Shown one piece after another: positions 37,496-46,637 of a stretch of 64,000 bases of DNA. The stretch is taken from NCBI GenBank assembly GCA_041650915.1, contig JBAZKE010000001.1, positions 379,284 through 443,283 on the forward strand. Direction: 5' to 3'. Under the pieces are notes generated by a model. It saw nothing but the letters and a program-made list of their open reading frames with translations. It did no database searches and was not told the origin of the DNA. Position 1 is the first letter of the stretch. Each line of letters starts with the position of its first letter. Made by a program: the position numbers and the translations under genes. Origin of the DNA: Patescibacteria group bacterium (GTDB lineage Bacteria; Patescibacteriota; Patescibacteriia; UBA10025; JAHIVO01).

Positions 37496-38980
37496 ATGTC
37501 TATAAAAGCTGAAAAACAATCCAACGGCACAAACGCCGGCTTTGAAGCGACTCTCTGGGCCGCGGCTGATAAGATGCGCGGCAGTGTTGCATGGTTTTTA
37601 TTACTAGCGGTTTTTTGCTCTGGAATCCTGTTATCTTGGCCTGATCAGGCGCGTGCTGAATCGGGTTCGGAAACGAAAGACCGCTGGGTATTTAGAAAAA
37701 CGACTGAAAGAAAGGATTTGTGCGAGGCCGGACCGTCTTGCCTTAATCCTCAAGTAAATCTTGATCAATCGGGCGCCATTATTACCTGGGGAGCGGATTT
37801 AGGCGACTGTGACGGGGCTTATCAGGCCGTCGGCACATGGACCACGCCACCGGAAACGCTTATACCCGGGCAATCCGTCTCGACCTCCCTCGAAGCGTCA
37901 CTCAAACAGACAACCGCCTGCGCGGCGGCCCTTGATGCGGATAACTTTGTGTCTTTAATGGTTGGGAAAATGGTTCCTCCGGATATTTATGATGTCGGTA
38001 AATGGGAACAAATGGGGTTTGCCACGGTCCACCAACTTTTACAACAAGGCAAAGAATTTAGTGACAGCAAAACAGTTGATTGGGCCGTACCGCAGGGGAA
38101 TACCGGTGAGGAATTGCGTTTGCGGCTCGGAGCCGGAACCGGTTCATTACCTGGCGGGTATATCGTCTTTATCTATGACTACCAGACTGACGCAATCACC
38201 GCCACAGACGCACCCGCCGCGGCCGAAACAGAAACCGCAGACGATGTTTGCGCTATTAATACTACCCGCACGAGCTGGCGGTTTCCCAGCTTGATTTCAT
38301 CGGCCTATGCCCGCGATTCTGGCGCCCGGTTTGCGGATTTCAGCGGTGAGGTCACCGTGGCTCCAGGGAACGACCCTGCTGATTTGCGCCCGGCTGAAAT
38401 GGACATGGTTTTGGAAACCGGCAGCATCATCAAAACCGAGAGCGACAGCACTGCCATTATCAGTTTCGCGGATATGACCACTTTTTGCATGAAGCCGTTT
38501 ACCACCGTGATTCTAGACACGCCGCCGGAACAAGACAGCAAACTTTCTCTACTGGCCGGCAAGGTATGGATGAACGTGAAAAAAATGGTGAAGGACGGCA
38601 CGATGAATGTCACAATGAATCAGGCCGTGGCCGGCATCAAAGGCACGGTCTTTATATTGGAAGATGACGGTGACACTTCGGCCATAAAAGTAGTGGAAGG
38701 CAACGTGGAATACACCAGCCTGGCAAATGACGTGATGCTCCCGGTTGCCGGCGGAGAAACGGTAGTGGCGAGCGCGGATGGCCTGACGCCGAAGGCCGAT
38801 TTTGATATTGCCACCGAGCGCGCTCAATGGCAGGAATTTGCCAGCCCTCAGCCCGGAAATACAGTATCGGAAGATACAGATTCAAATTTTTCATACGCCT
38901 ATTGGAGCGCCATTCTCGTTGTAGTCATTGGCGGAGGGTGGGTAGTTATGAAAAAATTAAAACATAAACAAGCGCAGTAA
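37496..38980 (+). CDS. FecR-domain membrane protein with HsdM-like first 30 residues
   Basis: FecR pattern GSIIKT..AIISFAD..LLAGKVW..AVAGIKGT.F..VVEGNV; C-terminal TM; N-terminal GFEATLWAAADKMRG. Confidence 0.75.
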   Translation: MSIKAEKQSNGTNAGFEATLWAAADKMRGSVAWFLLLAVFCSGILLSWPDQARAESGSETKDRWVFRKTTERKDLCEAGPSCLNPQVNLDQSGAIITWGADLGDCDGAYQAVGTWTTPPETLIPGQSVSTSLEASLKQTTACAAALDADNFVSLMVGKMVPPDIYDVGKWEQMGFATVHQLLQQGKEFSDSKTVDWAVPQGNTGEELRLRLGAGTGSLPGGYIVFIYDYQTDAITATDAPAAAETETADDVCAINTTRTSWRFPSLISSAYARDSGARFADFSGEVTVAPGNDPADLRPAEMDMVLETGSIIKTESDSTAIISFADMTTFCMKPFTTVILDTPPEQDSKLSLLAGKVWMNVKKMVKDGTMNVTMNQAVAGIKGTVFILEDDGDTSAIKVVEGNVEYTSLANDVMLPVAGGETVVASADGLTPKADFDIATERAQWQEFASPQPGNTVSEDTDSNFSYAYWSAILVVVIGGGWVVMKKLKHKQAQ

Positions 38981-39076
38981 CCAATCTTGGTTAGCAACAT
39001 AATTTCTAATAGGATTGATTTTTTGTACAATAAAAAAGCGGGCTGGTGGTGTACAGCTCGCTTGGGATTTTCTGAT

Positions 39077-39190
39077 CTACATACCGAATCGATGGACATT
39101 CGAGTATGCAATTAATGTAAAGAACCATATGATGGCCACGGCTCCTACCAGGATGCCAATGAACATCAGAATCATGCGTACATTTTTCAC
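39077..39190 (-). CDS. 37-aa single-TM peptide
   Basis: AAGGGAG SD, GTG start, MKNVRMILMFIGILVGAVAIIWFFTLIAYSNVHRFGM; TTGACA-17-TAGAAT promoter near 39312-39340; terminator at 39032-39063. Confidence 0.55.
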   Translation of the reverse strand: MKNVRMILMFIGILVGAVAIIWFFTLIAYSNVHRFGM

Positions 39191-39560
39191 AAGGACTCCC
39201 TTGCCGAATGGTTTCCTCGGGTAGTATCCTGCGCATCGGATACCTTATGCTTTCGCGCACTGCTTCTTTCGCATTCAGATATCAAGCATCAGGAAAATGC
39301 TTGAACCGAACATTCTAGCACGGGTTGGCCGCCCTGTCAAGAAGCGCCACCAATGTAAATAATTAAGGTAGCTAAGTTTTGGGGAAAGTTTAGGATAGTT
39401 TTTTGTTTGACATTATGGGGGTGCGGGGGTAGGTTTGGGGTTGTTTTGTCGTTCGTGAGGGAGTAAAATGGGGATCTGTGGCTTGATAAACGAATATCAT
39501 TCAATAAAGAGACCGGTCATGGTTGGCCGGTCTGGGTTTCGGGCAGATTGAATCCACCTG

Positions 39561-39803
39561 TTATGATTTGTTCAATTCTCGCAAAGCGTTCACACCGATC
39601 TCCTGGTGCGTTGGGTCGTTTTCCACTTCCCGGAAAAACGCCGGGGCTAAATCCCCGAGAATCTCCTGGGCAGCGCCGCCGGTGATGACGTCACCGCAGC
39701 CCGTTTCTATCTTTTCCCGGGCGGCGCTCAGTACGGCATCTCTCCGGTCGGCAAGTTCGGGGTGATCGGTAAAGTACTTTTCGAGGTTTTTAATCGCAAT
39801 CAT
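39561..39803 (-). CDS. Hypothetical protein
   Basis: AAGGAG SD; TTGACA-17-TATACT promoter near 39845-39873. Confidence 0.6.
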   Translation of the reverse strand: MIAIKNLEKYFTDHPELADRRDAVLSAAREKIETGCGDVITGGAAQEILGDLAPAFFREVENDPTHQEIGVNALRELNKS

Positions 39804-40048
39804 CAGACGCTCCTTGGTTCAGTGTTTGTATGTGGTTTTGTCATAGTATAGATGCAGCTCCTCATATTGTCAATCTCAGACGTTGGTGCTTTTGGGTTGA
39901 CTGTGTGTACACAAACATCGCGTATCACTGCGCTTGTTTTGCTGTTCGTGGGGGAGAAGGCGACTGGCGGGAAGTGGTGGAGTTGACAATCTGGGCGAAC
40001 GGGTGTACGATGCACCGAAAATTGAACCTATAAAAAACGGAGGATATC

Positions 40049-40435
40049 GTGAGTATTGAAATCAAGCATGACATCCAGACCAGGGTATCATTCACGCGTA
40101 CCGGGGTGAAGGCACGAGTGATCGCGTTCGTCATGGGGCTTCAGTGCGAGCTGACCCCGAATGACGTGCTGAAAAAGGCCGGGGTGGAAATTCTGCCGGG
40201 CGAACACTGGTACGTGGTGTATTATGACCATGACCAGAAATGGTACAGCGCGTGCAAGGTTGGCAATCCGGACGATACCGTCGCTTATGAGGAGGACATG
40301 GCGTACCTCATTACCCGTTCGGAAATACCGGAGCATGACGGCGTAGCTGTCCAAGCTGCCATCGAAAAGGGCATCTATGCCTATCGGACGCTAGTCGGCA
40401 GTTCCAAGCCCATCTGGATTGAGAGGGAGCATTAA
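40049..40435 (+). CDS. Hypothetical protein
   Basis: GGAGG SD, GTG start, TTGACA-17-TACGAT promoter. Confidence 0.6.
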   Translation: MSIEIKHDIQTRVSFTRTGVKARVIAFVMGLQCELTPNDVLKKAGVEILPGEHWYVVYYDHDQKWYSACKVGNPDDTVAYEEDMAYLITRSEIPEHDGVAVQAAIEKGIYAYRTLVGSSKPIWIEREH

Positions 40436-40592
40436 TATCAGTACCCAACACAATGAAAGGGTGGTTTGCATGACGCAGATCACCCTTGATTTTTTTGTGC
40501 TCCCGCACCATTGAAAATGGTGTGAGAGGTTGATTTATTAGCAAAAAAGGAGGAGAATGGGGGTATGTATTTGGTTTACACCATGATTATTA

Positions 40593-41468
40593 ATGACTAT
40601 GACTATGACAGATTACAGTGAGTTTCAAAAAAGATTCAAACTATTAGCGAGTAAAAATAAACATCTCGTAATTAACACCTTATCCAATATATTTACGATG
40701 AGGTTAATTGGTAATAAAACTCACGGTGATTTAGCAGAGATAGGCATGGTTGAATTTATTAACCAGTTCATGTATGACTTTAAAAGTATTCATGTTGGGA
40801 AAGATTTATTCCGGGCAAAAGAACATGAAGAGGATATAGTTGTTATTAATGAAATTACCAAAACTAAATTTCCCGTAAGTTTAAAGGCATATGGAGATGG
40901 GCCGCTACAACTTTCAACTGATTGTGACCAAAAAATGTTTCCATTTCTTGAGAAACAAGGTAAAAATATTGTAAATTCTAACAAAATAGAAGAGGTGTTT
41001 AAATCAAAAGAATTCGCAGCATTTGATGCAATAAATGTTATGCCACTTATTTATGATGAGAAAAAACAGAGATGTAATATTATGATTTTCGATCATAATA
41101 AAGCTATAAATGAAACTAGAAGGATTGTTTTCATTAATTTCAAAGAAAAATTTGATTTTGAAACCAAAAAAGTAATTCCAGGGAATTCTCGATCACACCC
41201 AATTTTTATGTTTCTTGATACTGGAGGAAATTATATATGTGAGGTTAGATATGGAGGCGCTTCAGCAAATGCACTTCAACGTGGTTTTTGGACTCATACA
41301 AAAAATGCACTTTCATTTTTTGATTCACTCACAAACGGCTGGATTGACTATTCTCATAATCAGACACTAGTAAAGTTGTTTAGCCTCGCACTTAATAGTT
41401 CTGAGCAGGGTCATAAATTAGCTAATGAAATTCTTCAGAAAGACATCGACAGATTAAAGACTTTATGA
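40593..41468 (+). CDS. Putative type II restriction endonuclease
   Basis: AT-rich; overlaps the MTase start (ATGA); GDLAE..EDI..SLK resembles a PD-(D/E)xK variant. Confidence 0.65.
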   Translation: MTMTMTDYSEFQKRFKLLASKNKHLVINTLSNIFTMRLIGNKTHGDLAEIGMVEFINQFMYDFKSIHVGKDLFRAKEHEEDIVVINEITKTKFPVSLKAYGDGPLQLSTDCDQKMFPFLEKQGKNIVNSNKIEEVFKSKEFAAFDAINVMPLIYDEKKQRCNIMIFDHNKAINETRRIVFINFKEKFDFETKKVIPGNSRSHPIFMFLDTGGNYICEVRYGGASANALQRGFWTHTKNALSFFDSLTNGWIDYSHNQTLVKLFSLALNSSEQGHKLANEILQKDIDRLKTL

Positions 41469-42577
41469 CTGACCAGCAATTGAACATTTTTGGTAATTCC
41501 ACCATAACCACACCAAAAACTGAAGGTATTAAGTATGCTGGGTCAAAGTTAAAAATCTTGCCATATATAATTGAATTAGTAAGCGATTTAAAGGGTGTAA
41601 AAAAAATCTTAGATGGCTTTACTGGCACAACTCGTGTTGCACAAGCTATGGCACAACTTGGATATGACGTAACCGCCAGTGATATATCAATATGGTCGGA
41701 AGTATTTGCTAATTGTTATTTAAAGTCGAAGAAACCCGATAAATTTTATCAGGATATTCTAGACCATTTAAACAAGCTAAAGGGTTGTGATGGTTGGTAT
41801 ACTAGACATTATGGCGCCAAACCAAAAGAGAATAAAAAGCCATTTCAGGAAAAAAATACCCGTAAATTAGATGCGATCAGAGATGAAATTGAGAAGATTA
41901 ATTTACAATGGGTTGATAAATGTGTTATTTTGACCTCATTAATTAATGCATTAGATTCGGTTGATAGCACACTGGGTCATTATGTTTCATATCTCTCAAA
42001 TTGGTCTAAACGTTCGTATAATGATTTATATTTAAAATTACCAAAAAGAATTCAAAGTCCTGGCAAACATAAAGTGATTAAAGGAGATATTTTTGAAACA
42101 ATTAATAATAATGAATTTGATTTAGTGTATTTTGATCCACCGTATGGCTCAAACAATGAAAAAATGCCACCCAGCAGAGTCCGTTATGCCTCTTATTATC
42201 ATATTTGGACGACGGTTATCAAACATGATAAACCGGTAGTTTTTGGTAAGGTAAATCGAAGAGAAGATAGTAGGGACTTGGTAGCTGGTTCTGTATTTGA
42301 GGATTTTAGGAAAGATAATAATGGTTCATTTATTGCAATGGAAGCATTAAGAAGATTAGTCAAAGAAACAAAAGCACGATATATATTATTGTCATACAGT
42401 TCTGGCGGAAGAGCAACAAAAAAGGAACTTAATGAGATAATTGATGAATCGGGTAAACTATTAAAAGCAGTTGAAATTAATTATAAAAAGAACGTAATGG
42501 CTAATATGCGATGGACACATGAATGGATAAACAGTGATGGAAAGCATTCGGAATACCTTTTTTTAATGAAAAAATGA
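41465..42577 (+). CDS. DNA adenine methyltransferase (D12/FokI-like class)
   Basis: IKYAGSK, LDGFTGT (motif I), YFDPPY (motif IV), EYLF. Confidence 0.9.
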   Translation: MTDQQLNIFGNSTITTPKTEGIKYAGSKLKILPYIIELVSDLKGVKKILDGFTGTTRVAQAMAQLGYDVTASDISIWSEVFANCYLKSKKPDKFYQDILDHLNKLKGCDGWYTRHYGAKPKENKKPFQEKNTRKLDAIRDEIEKINLQWVDKCVILTSLINALDSVDSTLGHYVSYLSNWSKRSYNDLYLKLPKRIQSPGKHKVIKGDIFETINNNEFDLVYFDPPYGSNNEKMPPSRVRYASYYHIWTTVIKHDKPVVFGKVNRREDSRDLVAGSVFEDFRKDNNGSFIAMEALRRLVKETKARYILLSYSSGGRATKKELNEIIDESGKLLKAVEINYKKNVMANMRWTHEWINSDGKHSEYLFLMKK

Positions 42578-42589
42578 TAGGACAATGTT

Positions 42590-42745
42590 ATGGCAATAGA
42601 AAAGGTTAGTTTTATCGCGACAAAGTATAAAAACAAACCGACAATGGTACGTTTTTATACTAAAAAAGGTGATGTTGTAAGATTTTCAGCTCAAAAAAAA
42701 GCACCCGTAAAGCAGGTTGTTGAATTTAAAGCTAAGTCAAAATAA
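42590..42745 (+). CDS. Small basic protein (51 aa)
   Basis: MAIEKVSFIATKYKNKPTMVRFYTKKGDVVRFSAQKKAPVKQVVEFKAKSK fills the gap between the MTase and RusA-like genes. Confidence 0.6.
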   Translation: MAIEKVSFIATKYKNKPTMVRFYTKKGDVVRFSAQKKAPVKQVVEFKAKSK

Positions 42746-42748
42746 ATT

Positions 42749-43198
42749 GTGAGCACTACATATTTTGATTACAGTTTTGGGTTGTCAGAAATTATTCCAT
42801 CAGGCAATCGTCAAAAAAGTGATAGTGCTTGTGCGTTTTATAAAGTTGTTGGTCAAGCGTTAAAAGATATTGATAAACAAGGAATCTTCCCAACAAAAAA
42901 GTTAGTTTTTATTTTTATTTTACAGTTTTTTTCGAATCAAGAAGAATATCAAAAACGAGATATTGATAATATGTGCAAAACCATGCTGGCGGCATTAAAA
43001 AATAAGATATATGAGGACGACGTACAAGTAAAAACGTTATTAATCAGTAAACAAATAAATAGTAAGATTCCGGTAAACTTCGTTTACATCGGAATAAAGT
43101 TATCCGATTACAAGGATAATACCGGAATGGTGAAAGTAAATATTAACAATGCCATATCATTGTTTCAGGGCTCTGTTAAACAAGCAGTTGAAAAGTAA
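42749..43198 (+). CDS. RusA-family nuclease/resolvase
   Basis: RDIDNMCK...IYEDDVQV matches the RusA DxDNxxK...DD motif. Confidence 0.7.
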   Translation: MSTTYFDYSFGLSEIIPSGNRQKSDSACAFYKVVGQALKDIDKQGIFPTKKLVFIFILQFFSNQEEYQKRDIDNMCKTMLAALKNKIYEDDVQVKTLLISKQINSKIPVNFVYIGIKLSDYKDNTGMVKVNINNAISLFQGSVKQAVEK

Positions 43199-43276
43199 TA
43201 TAATACGGTAGATACTATATGAGTGCTAATCCTAGCACTTGTTTTGTTATTGGTGGGGGAGTAGGATGGAGAATAT

Positions 43277-44365
43277 ATGGTAAGCATTTTCGAACAAATT
43301 TCAATTTTATTACAAGGACAGCCTTGGATGGTTTTTGGTGGTTATAATTTAAAACTCCAGGGGATTGATAATAGCGCAAATGATATTGATATTGTTACGA
43401 CTGATAAGGGGATTGGGATAATAGCCAAAACGAGAAAAGAAAAAGTTAATCGAGGAAATAATTGGAAAGGATGTAAATTTGTCGTAAATGGACTGCAAAT
43501 TGACGTAATCACTGAGGAGGGTTTTACTCAACAATTTTTTCAAAAATACTTACAAGAAAACAGAATAAACATTATATATTATGATGGCGTACCAGTATTT
43601 TGTTTAAAATTATCTGAGCAACGAAAAGGATACGAAGCAATTTTAGCCGCTCATAAGGGGAGCAATGACCCAACTCTTAAGATAGAATTATTGAAAAAAT
43701 ATGAGGAAAGTAATAAATTCACCCCCGAGCAATGGTATGTTGTGTGGAAAAGAATTTTCGAAGAAAATTTATTAGCCGACTTATATAAACTAGTCAGTAA
43801 TCAACCGCAGCAAAGTGGAGGTTTGAATTTCGTTATTGTACTGATGTGCCTCGTAACTATGGATTTAGTGGGGAAGCTTATTTGCGGATCAAATAACAAA
43901 GACGCAATAAGGGCATTTATTAAATCGGAGTTTTTTCAAATACCTAAAGCTTACAATGGAGACGACTTTGCGGATATAATTAATACTGAATTAAGAAATA
44001 ACCTGGCTCATGCCTTTTTCCCTGAAAGGAACATTGCAATTGGCAGAAATACACCTTTTCAACATTTTAATATTATACCAGTAGTCGGTTCTGAAAGAAA
44101 ATTATTTTGGATTGATGCTGATGAACTGCACCGGGATCTTTTGCAATCGTTAGATCAATATAAAGCGGCTTTAATTGAAGATAAAAAACAGGACGGCGAT
44201 AGACTCAGGTCATTATTTGTTAAATATGTTAATGAAAATATGTTAACTGAGTCGATAAATCTTAAAGGGTTTATGGAAAAGAATTATAAGCTCGATGTAC
44301 ATAATTATCCAATTAGTTCAGATAAGGTTACTCATACTACAACGTTACCGCCTGAAACAAAATAA
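43277..44365 (+). CDS. Nucleotidyltransferase-like plus HEPN-like fusion protein
   Basis: N-terminal FGG..LQG..DIDIV..QID; C-terminal LRNNLAH (Rx4H). Confidence 0.6.
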   Translation: MVSIFEQISILLQGQPWMVFGGYNLKLQGIDNSANDIDIVTTDKGIGIIAKTRKEKVNRGNNWKGCKFVVNGLQIDVITEEGFTQQFFQKYLQENRINIIYYDGVPVFCLKLSEQRKGYEAILAAHKGSNDPTLKIELLKKYEESNKFTPEQWYVVWKRIFEENLLADLYKLVSNQPQQSGGLNFVIVLMCLVTMDLVGKLICGSNNKDAIRAFIKSEFFQIPKAYNGDDFADIINTELRNNLAHAFFPERNIAIGRNTPFQHFNIIPVVGSERKLFWIDADELHRDLLQSLDQYKAALIEDKKQDGDRLRSLFVKYVNENMLTESINLKGFMEKNYKLDVHNYPISSDKVTHTTTLPPETK

Positions 44366-44456
44366 TTTCCATTGTTTATATCGGCAGATCCGCCCCCCCG
44401 CTGGCGGTTTTTTGTTTGGGATGATCGTGATACAATAATAATACATAAAAAATTAT

Positions 44457-44696
44457 ATGAAAAAAGCACTATATATTTCCTTTGCTATCGTTGTACTGCT
44501 CGGTGCCGGGATATTCATTTACTTCCAATACTGGGGCACTGATGGCATCCCTACGAATTCAAACACCAACACGCCTGCTAATACGAATGCGGTCGCCTGC
44601 ACCATGGAAGCTAAACTTTGCCCGGACGGATCGGCAGTGGGACGCACTGGCCCGAATTGCGAATTCGCGGCCTGCCCGGAAGTGGAGCAGGAGTAG
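44457..44696 (+). CDS. Small exported protein with a 4-Cys module
   Basis: TM plus ACTMEAKLCPDGSAVGRTGPNCEFAACP. Confidence 0.75.
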   Translation: MKKALYISFAIVVLLGAGIFIYFQYWGTDGIPTNSNTNTPANTNAVACTMEAKLCPDGSAVGRTGPNCEFAACPEVEQE

Positions 44697-44969
44697 GTTG
44701 GAAGGAAGGAGGGTGTAAGTTTTAGGAAGAAAGTAAGGAAGTATGAGATAGGAAGAAGGGTGGATGAAGGGAAGTAGGGCGAATGATGAAGGCATAGTAG
44801 TAGGAAGTAAGTTTTTAGGTTGTACGAAGAAAGTAAAGAAGAAGGAAATTAGAAGAAGGATACGCATTGACGCGAAAAGGAAATTCTGATAACATTGAAG
44901 CACATAAAACTTCCCCAAATTTGCGGGAAGTTATATTTATTATGGATAAGTATTGTGGATAAATGAATG

Positions 44970-44996
44970 TTGACAATATAACATATATGATATATT
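44970..44996 (+). promoter_or_regulatory. TA promoter/operator
   Basis: TTGACA followed by the near-perfect palindrome AATATAACATATATGATATATT directly before the toxin ATG. Confidence 0.7.
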
Positions 44997-45350
44997 ATGA
45001 TTAAAGCGTATTATTTCGTGCGACAAAACGGAAGGGCGCCGGTTGAGGAGTATGTTCGTTCAATCAACTCAAAACGGGAAATTGCCTATATCCAGGCAGC
45101 GATTGATAAGTTAATCAAGTATGAAGGAAGGTTACCGCTGCCATACGCAAAGAAAATCCGCGATAAAGTATGGGAGTTACGTTCACCATTAGGCAATCGG
45201 GTTTTTTATTTCATTGATACAGGCCAGGAGATTATTCTCCTCGATGGGCACACAAAAAAGCGTGACCGAATAGAACCTCGAATCCTGAATCGCGTTTTGA
45301 ACCACTATAGGGAGTACCAAGCTACCCGTAACCGTAAACCGTACCAATAA
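44997..45350 (+). CDS. RelE/HigB-family toxin (Gp49-like)
   Basis: GRAPVEEY, KVWELR, RVFYF, LLDGHTKK; toxin-first gene order. Confidence 0.85.
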   Translation: MIKAYYFVRQNGRAPVEEYVRSINSKREIAYIQAAIDKLIKYEGRLPLPYAKKIRDKVWELRSPLGNRVFYFIDTGQEIILLDGHTKKRDRIEPRILNRVLNHYREYQATRNRKPYQ

Positions 45351-45360
45351 CAAATCATAT

Positions 45361-45627
45361 ATGAATAAGAATAATATTTTTTATAAATTTCAAAAGGACA
45401 AAGAATACCAACGCTACTACAAAGAAGCAAGCGATATGCTTGAAATTGCCATTCAGATCGCTGAAGCGAGGAAGAAACAAAAGATGACCCAGGTCCAGTT
45501 AGCAAAACATATCGGTATGCCCCAGAGCCAGATTGCCAGGATTGAGAGCGGTAATAGCAATACAACTGTCAGTACACTGTATAAAGTCTTAAACGCGCTT
45601 AATTTGCGTTTGAAATTGGCGAACTAA
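45361..45627 (+). CDS. HigA-like XRE HTH antitoxin
   Basis: MTQVQLA..GMPQSQIARIESG..TVSTL. Confidence 0.88.
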   Translation: MNKNNIFYKFQKDKEYQRYYKEASDMLEIAIQIAEARKKQKMTQVQLAKHIGMPQSQIARIESGNSNTTVSTLYKVLNALNLRLKLAN

Positions 45628-45734
45628 TTATTTTTTCTTTTACATTTCGCCTTAACGGGCGGTTTTTTATTTGAGATGAATATGGAAGGACGGGGCGTTT
45701 GTTTATTATGGAGAAATAATATACAATACCAAAC

Positions 45735-46034
45735 ATGACCAAGAACCCATTTCTCAATGCACTCGCAGCAGGTGCGTACATCGTACTGGTAGTTGGTATC
45801 ATGACGTACATGGGCAAACTCAATGGCGGCCAGGACCAGGAGTTTATCACGCCGCTCGCGGTACTATCGCTGTTCACGTTGTCAGCCGCGGTGATGGGGT
45901 ATCTGTTCCTATACCAGCCGTTTAAGCTGTACTTCAATAACGAAAAAGAGGCTGCAGTGAAGCTCTTCCTTAAGACAGTTGCGATTTTTGGTGTTATGAC
46001 CGCATGCATACTGGTAGTCGTGGCCGTAGCATAG
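45735..46034 (+). CDS. Hypothetical membrane protein
   Basis: Three TM helices; LSLFTLSAAVMGYLF. Confidence 0.75.
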   Translation: MTKNPFLNALAAGAYIVLVVGIMTYMGKLNGGQDQEFITPLAVLSLFTLSAAVMGYLFLYQPFKLYFNNEKEAAVKLFLKTVAIFGVMTACILVVVAVA

Positions 46035-46132
46035 AGTACCCTTGAGATTTTGCCGAGGTTGTTTTTTTATTGGAGAAGATTCGGTTAGAAGCGGTTTTTT
46101 ATTTAAAGTAATCGTGATACAATTGTGTTACT

Positions 46133-46303
46133 ATGAATAAAATAACTCGAATAGCACTGTCCATTCTCGCGATACTGTTTGGGGCGTTTATGTTTGTGTA
46201 TGGCGGATATGACGACAGCCCGGGAGGGCAATTATTGGGATTGGTGCTGGTTATTGGCGGCATTGTGCTGATAATAAAAAGCAGGAAGAAAAAGGAAAAA
46301 TAA
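46133..46303 (+). CDS. Small two-TM protein with DDSPG loop
   Basis: MNKITRIALSILAILFGAFMFVYGGYDDSPGGQLLGLVLVIGGIVLIIKSRKKKEK. Confidence 0.7.
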   Translation: MNKITRIALSILAILFGAFMFVYGGYDDSPGGQLLGLVLVIGGIVLIIKSRKKKEK

Positions 46304-46637
46304 GAAGCATCCAACTACCGCGATGGGATGCTGCGCATTGCCGGAGAACTGGGCGCACGTTGTTTTTTTGCCGACTGGCTTTTGTACCAGGGTACGGCGA
46401 CCAGGTGAAAGCCGAAGCCATCAACCGCTTGCCACGGGAGGTTTTCAATTTTTTCGAGCAGTTGTCTTCGCTGATTGCCAGAATCGTCGGGTAGAATTTT
46501 TAGAAACAAAAACAGGCTTCACGCATTGACAGCGCGGGGATTATTTGGTTAACTGCTTAAATCAGTTTTGTGAAACAGGCCTTTGATACTGCCAGTAAAC
46601 TGGCAAAAACCCCAAAACAAAAGAAAGGAGTGTGCCC

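Noticed and set aside
44941-44962. Replication origin
   Set aside because: Only two DnaA-box-like sites here plus isolated ones near 12869 and 21737; no box cluster and no dnaA/dnaN context
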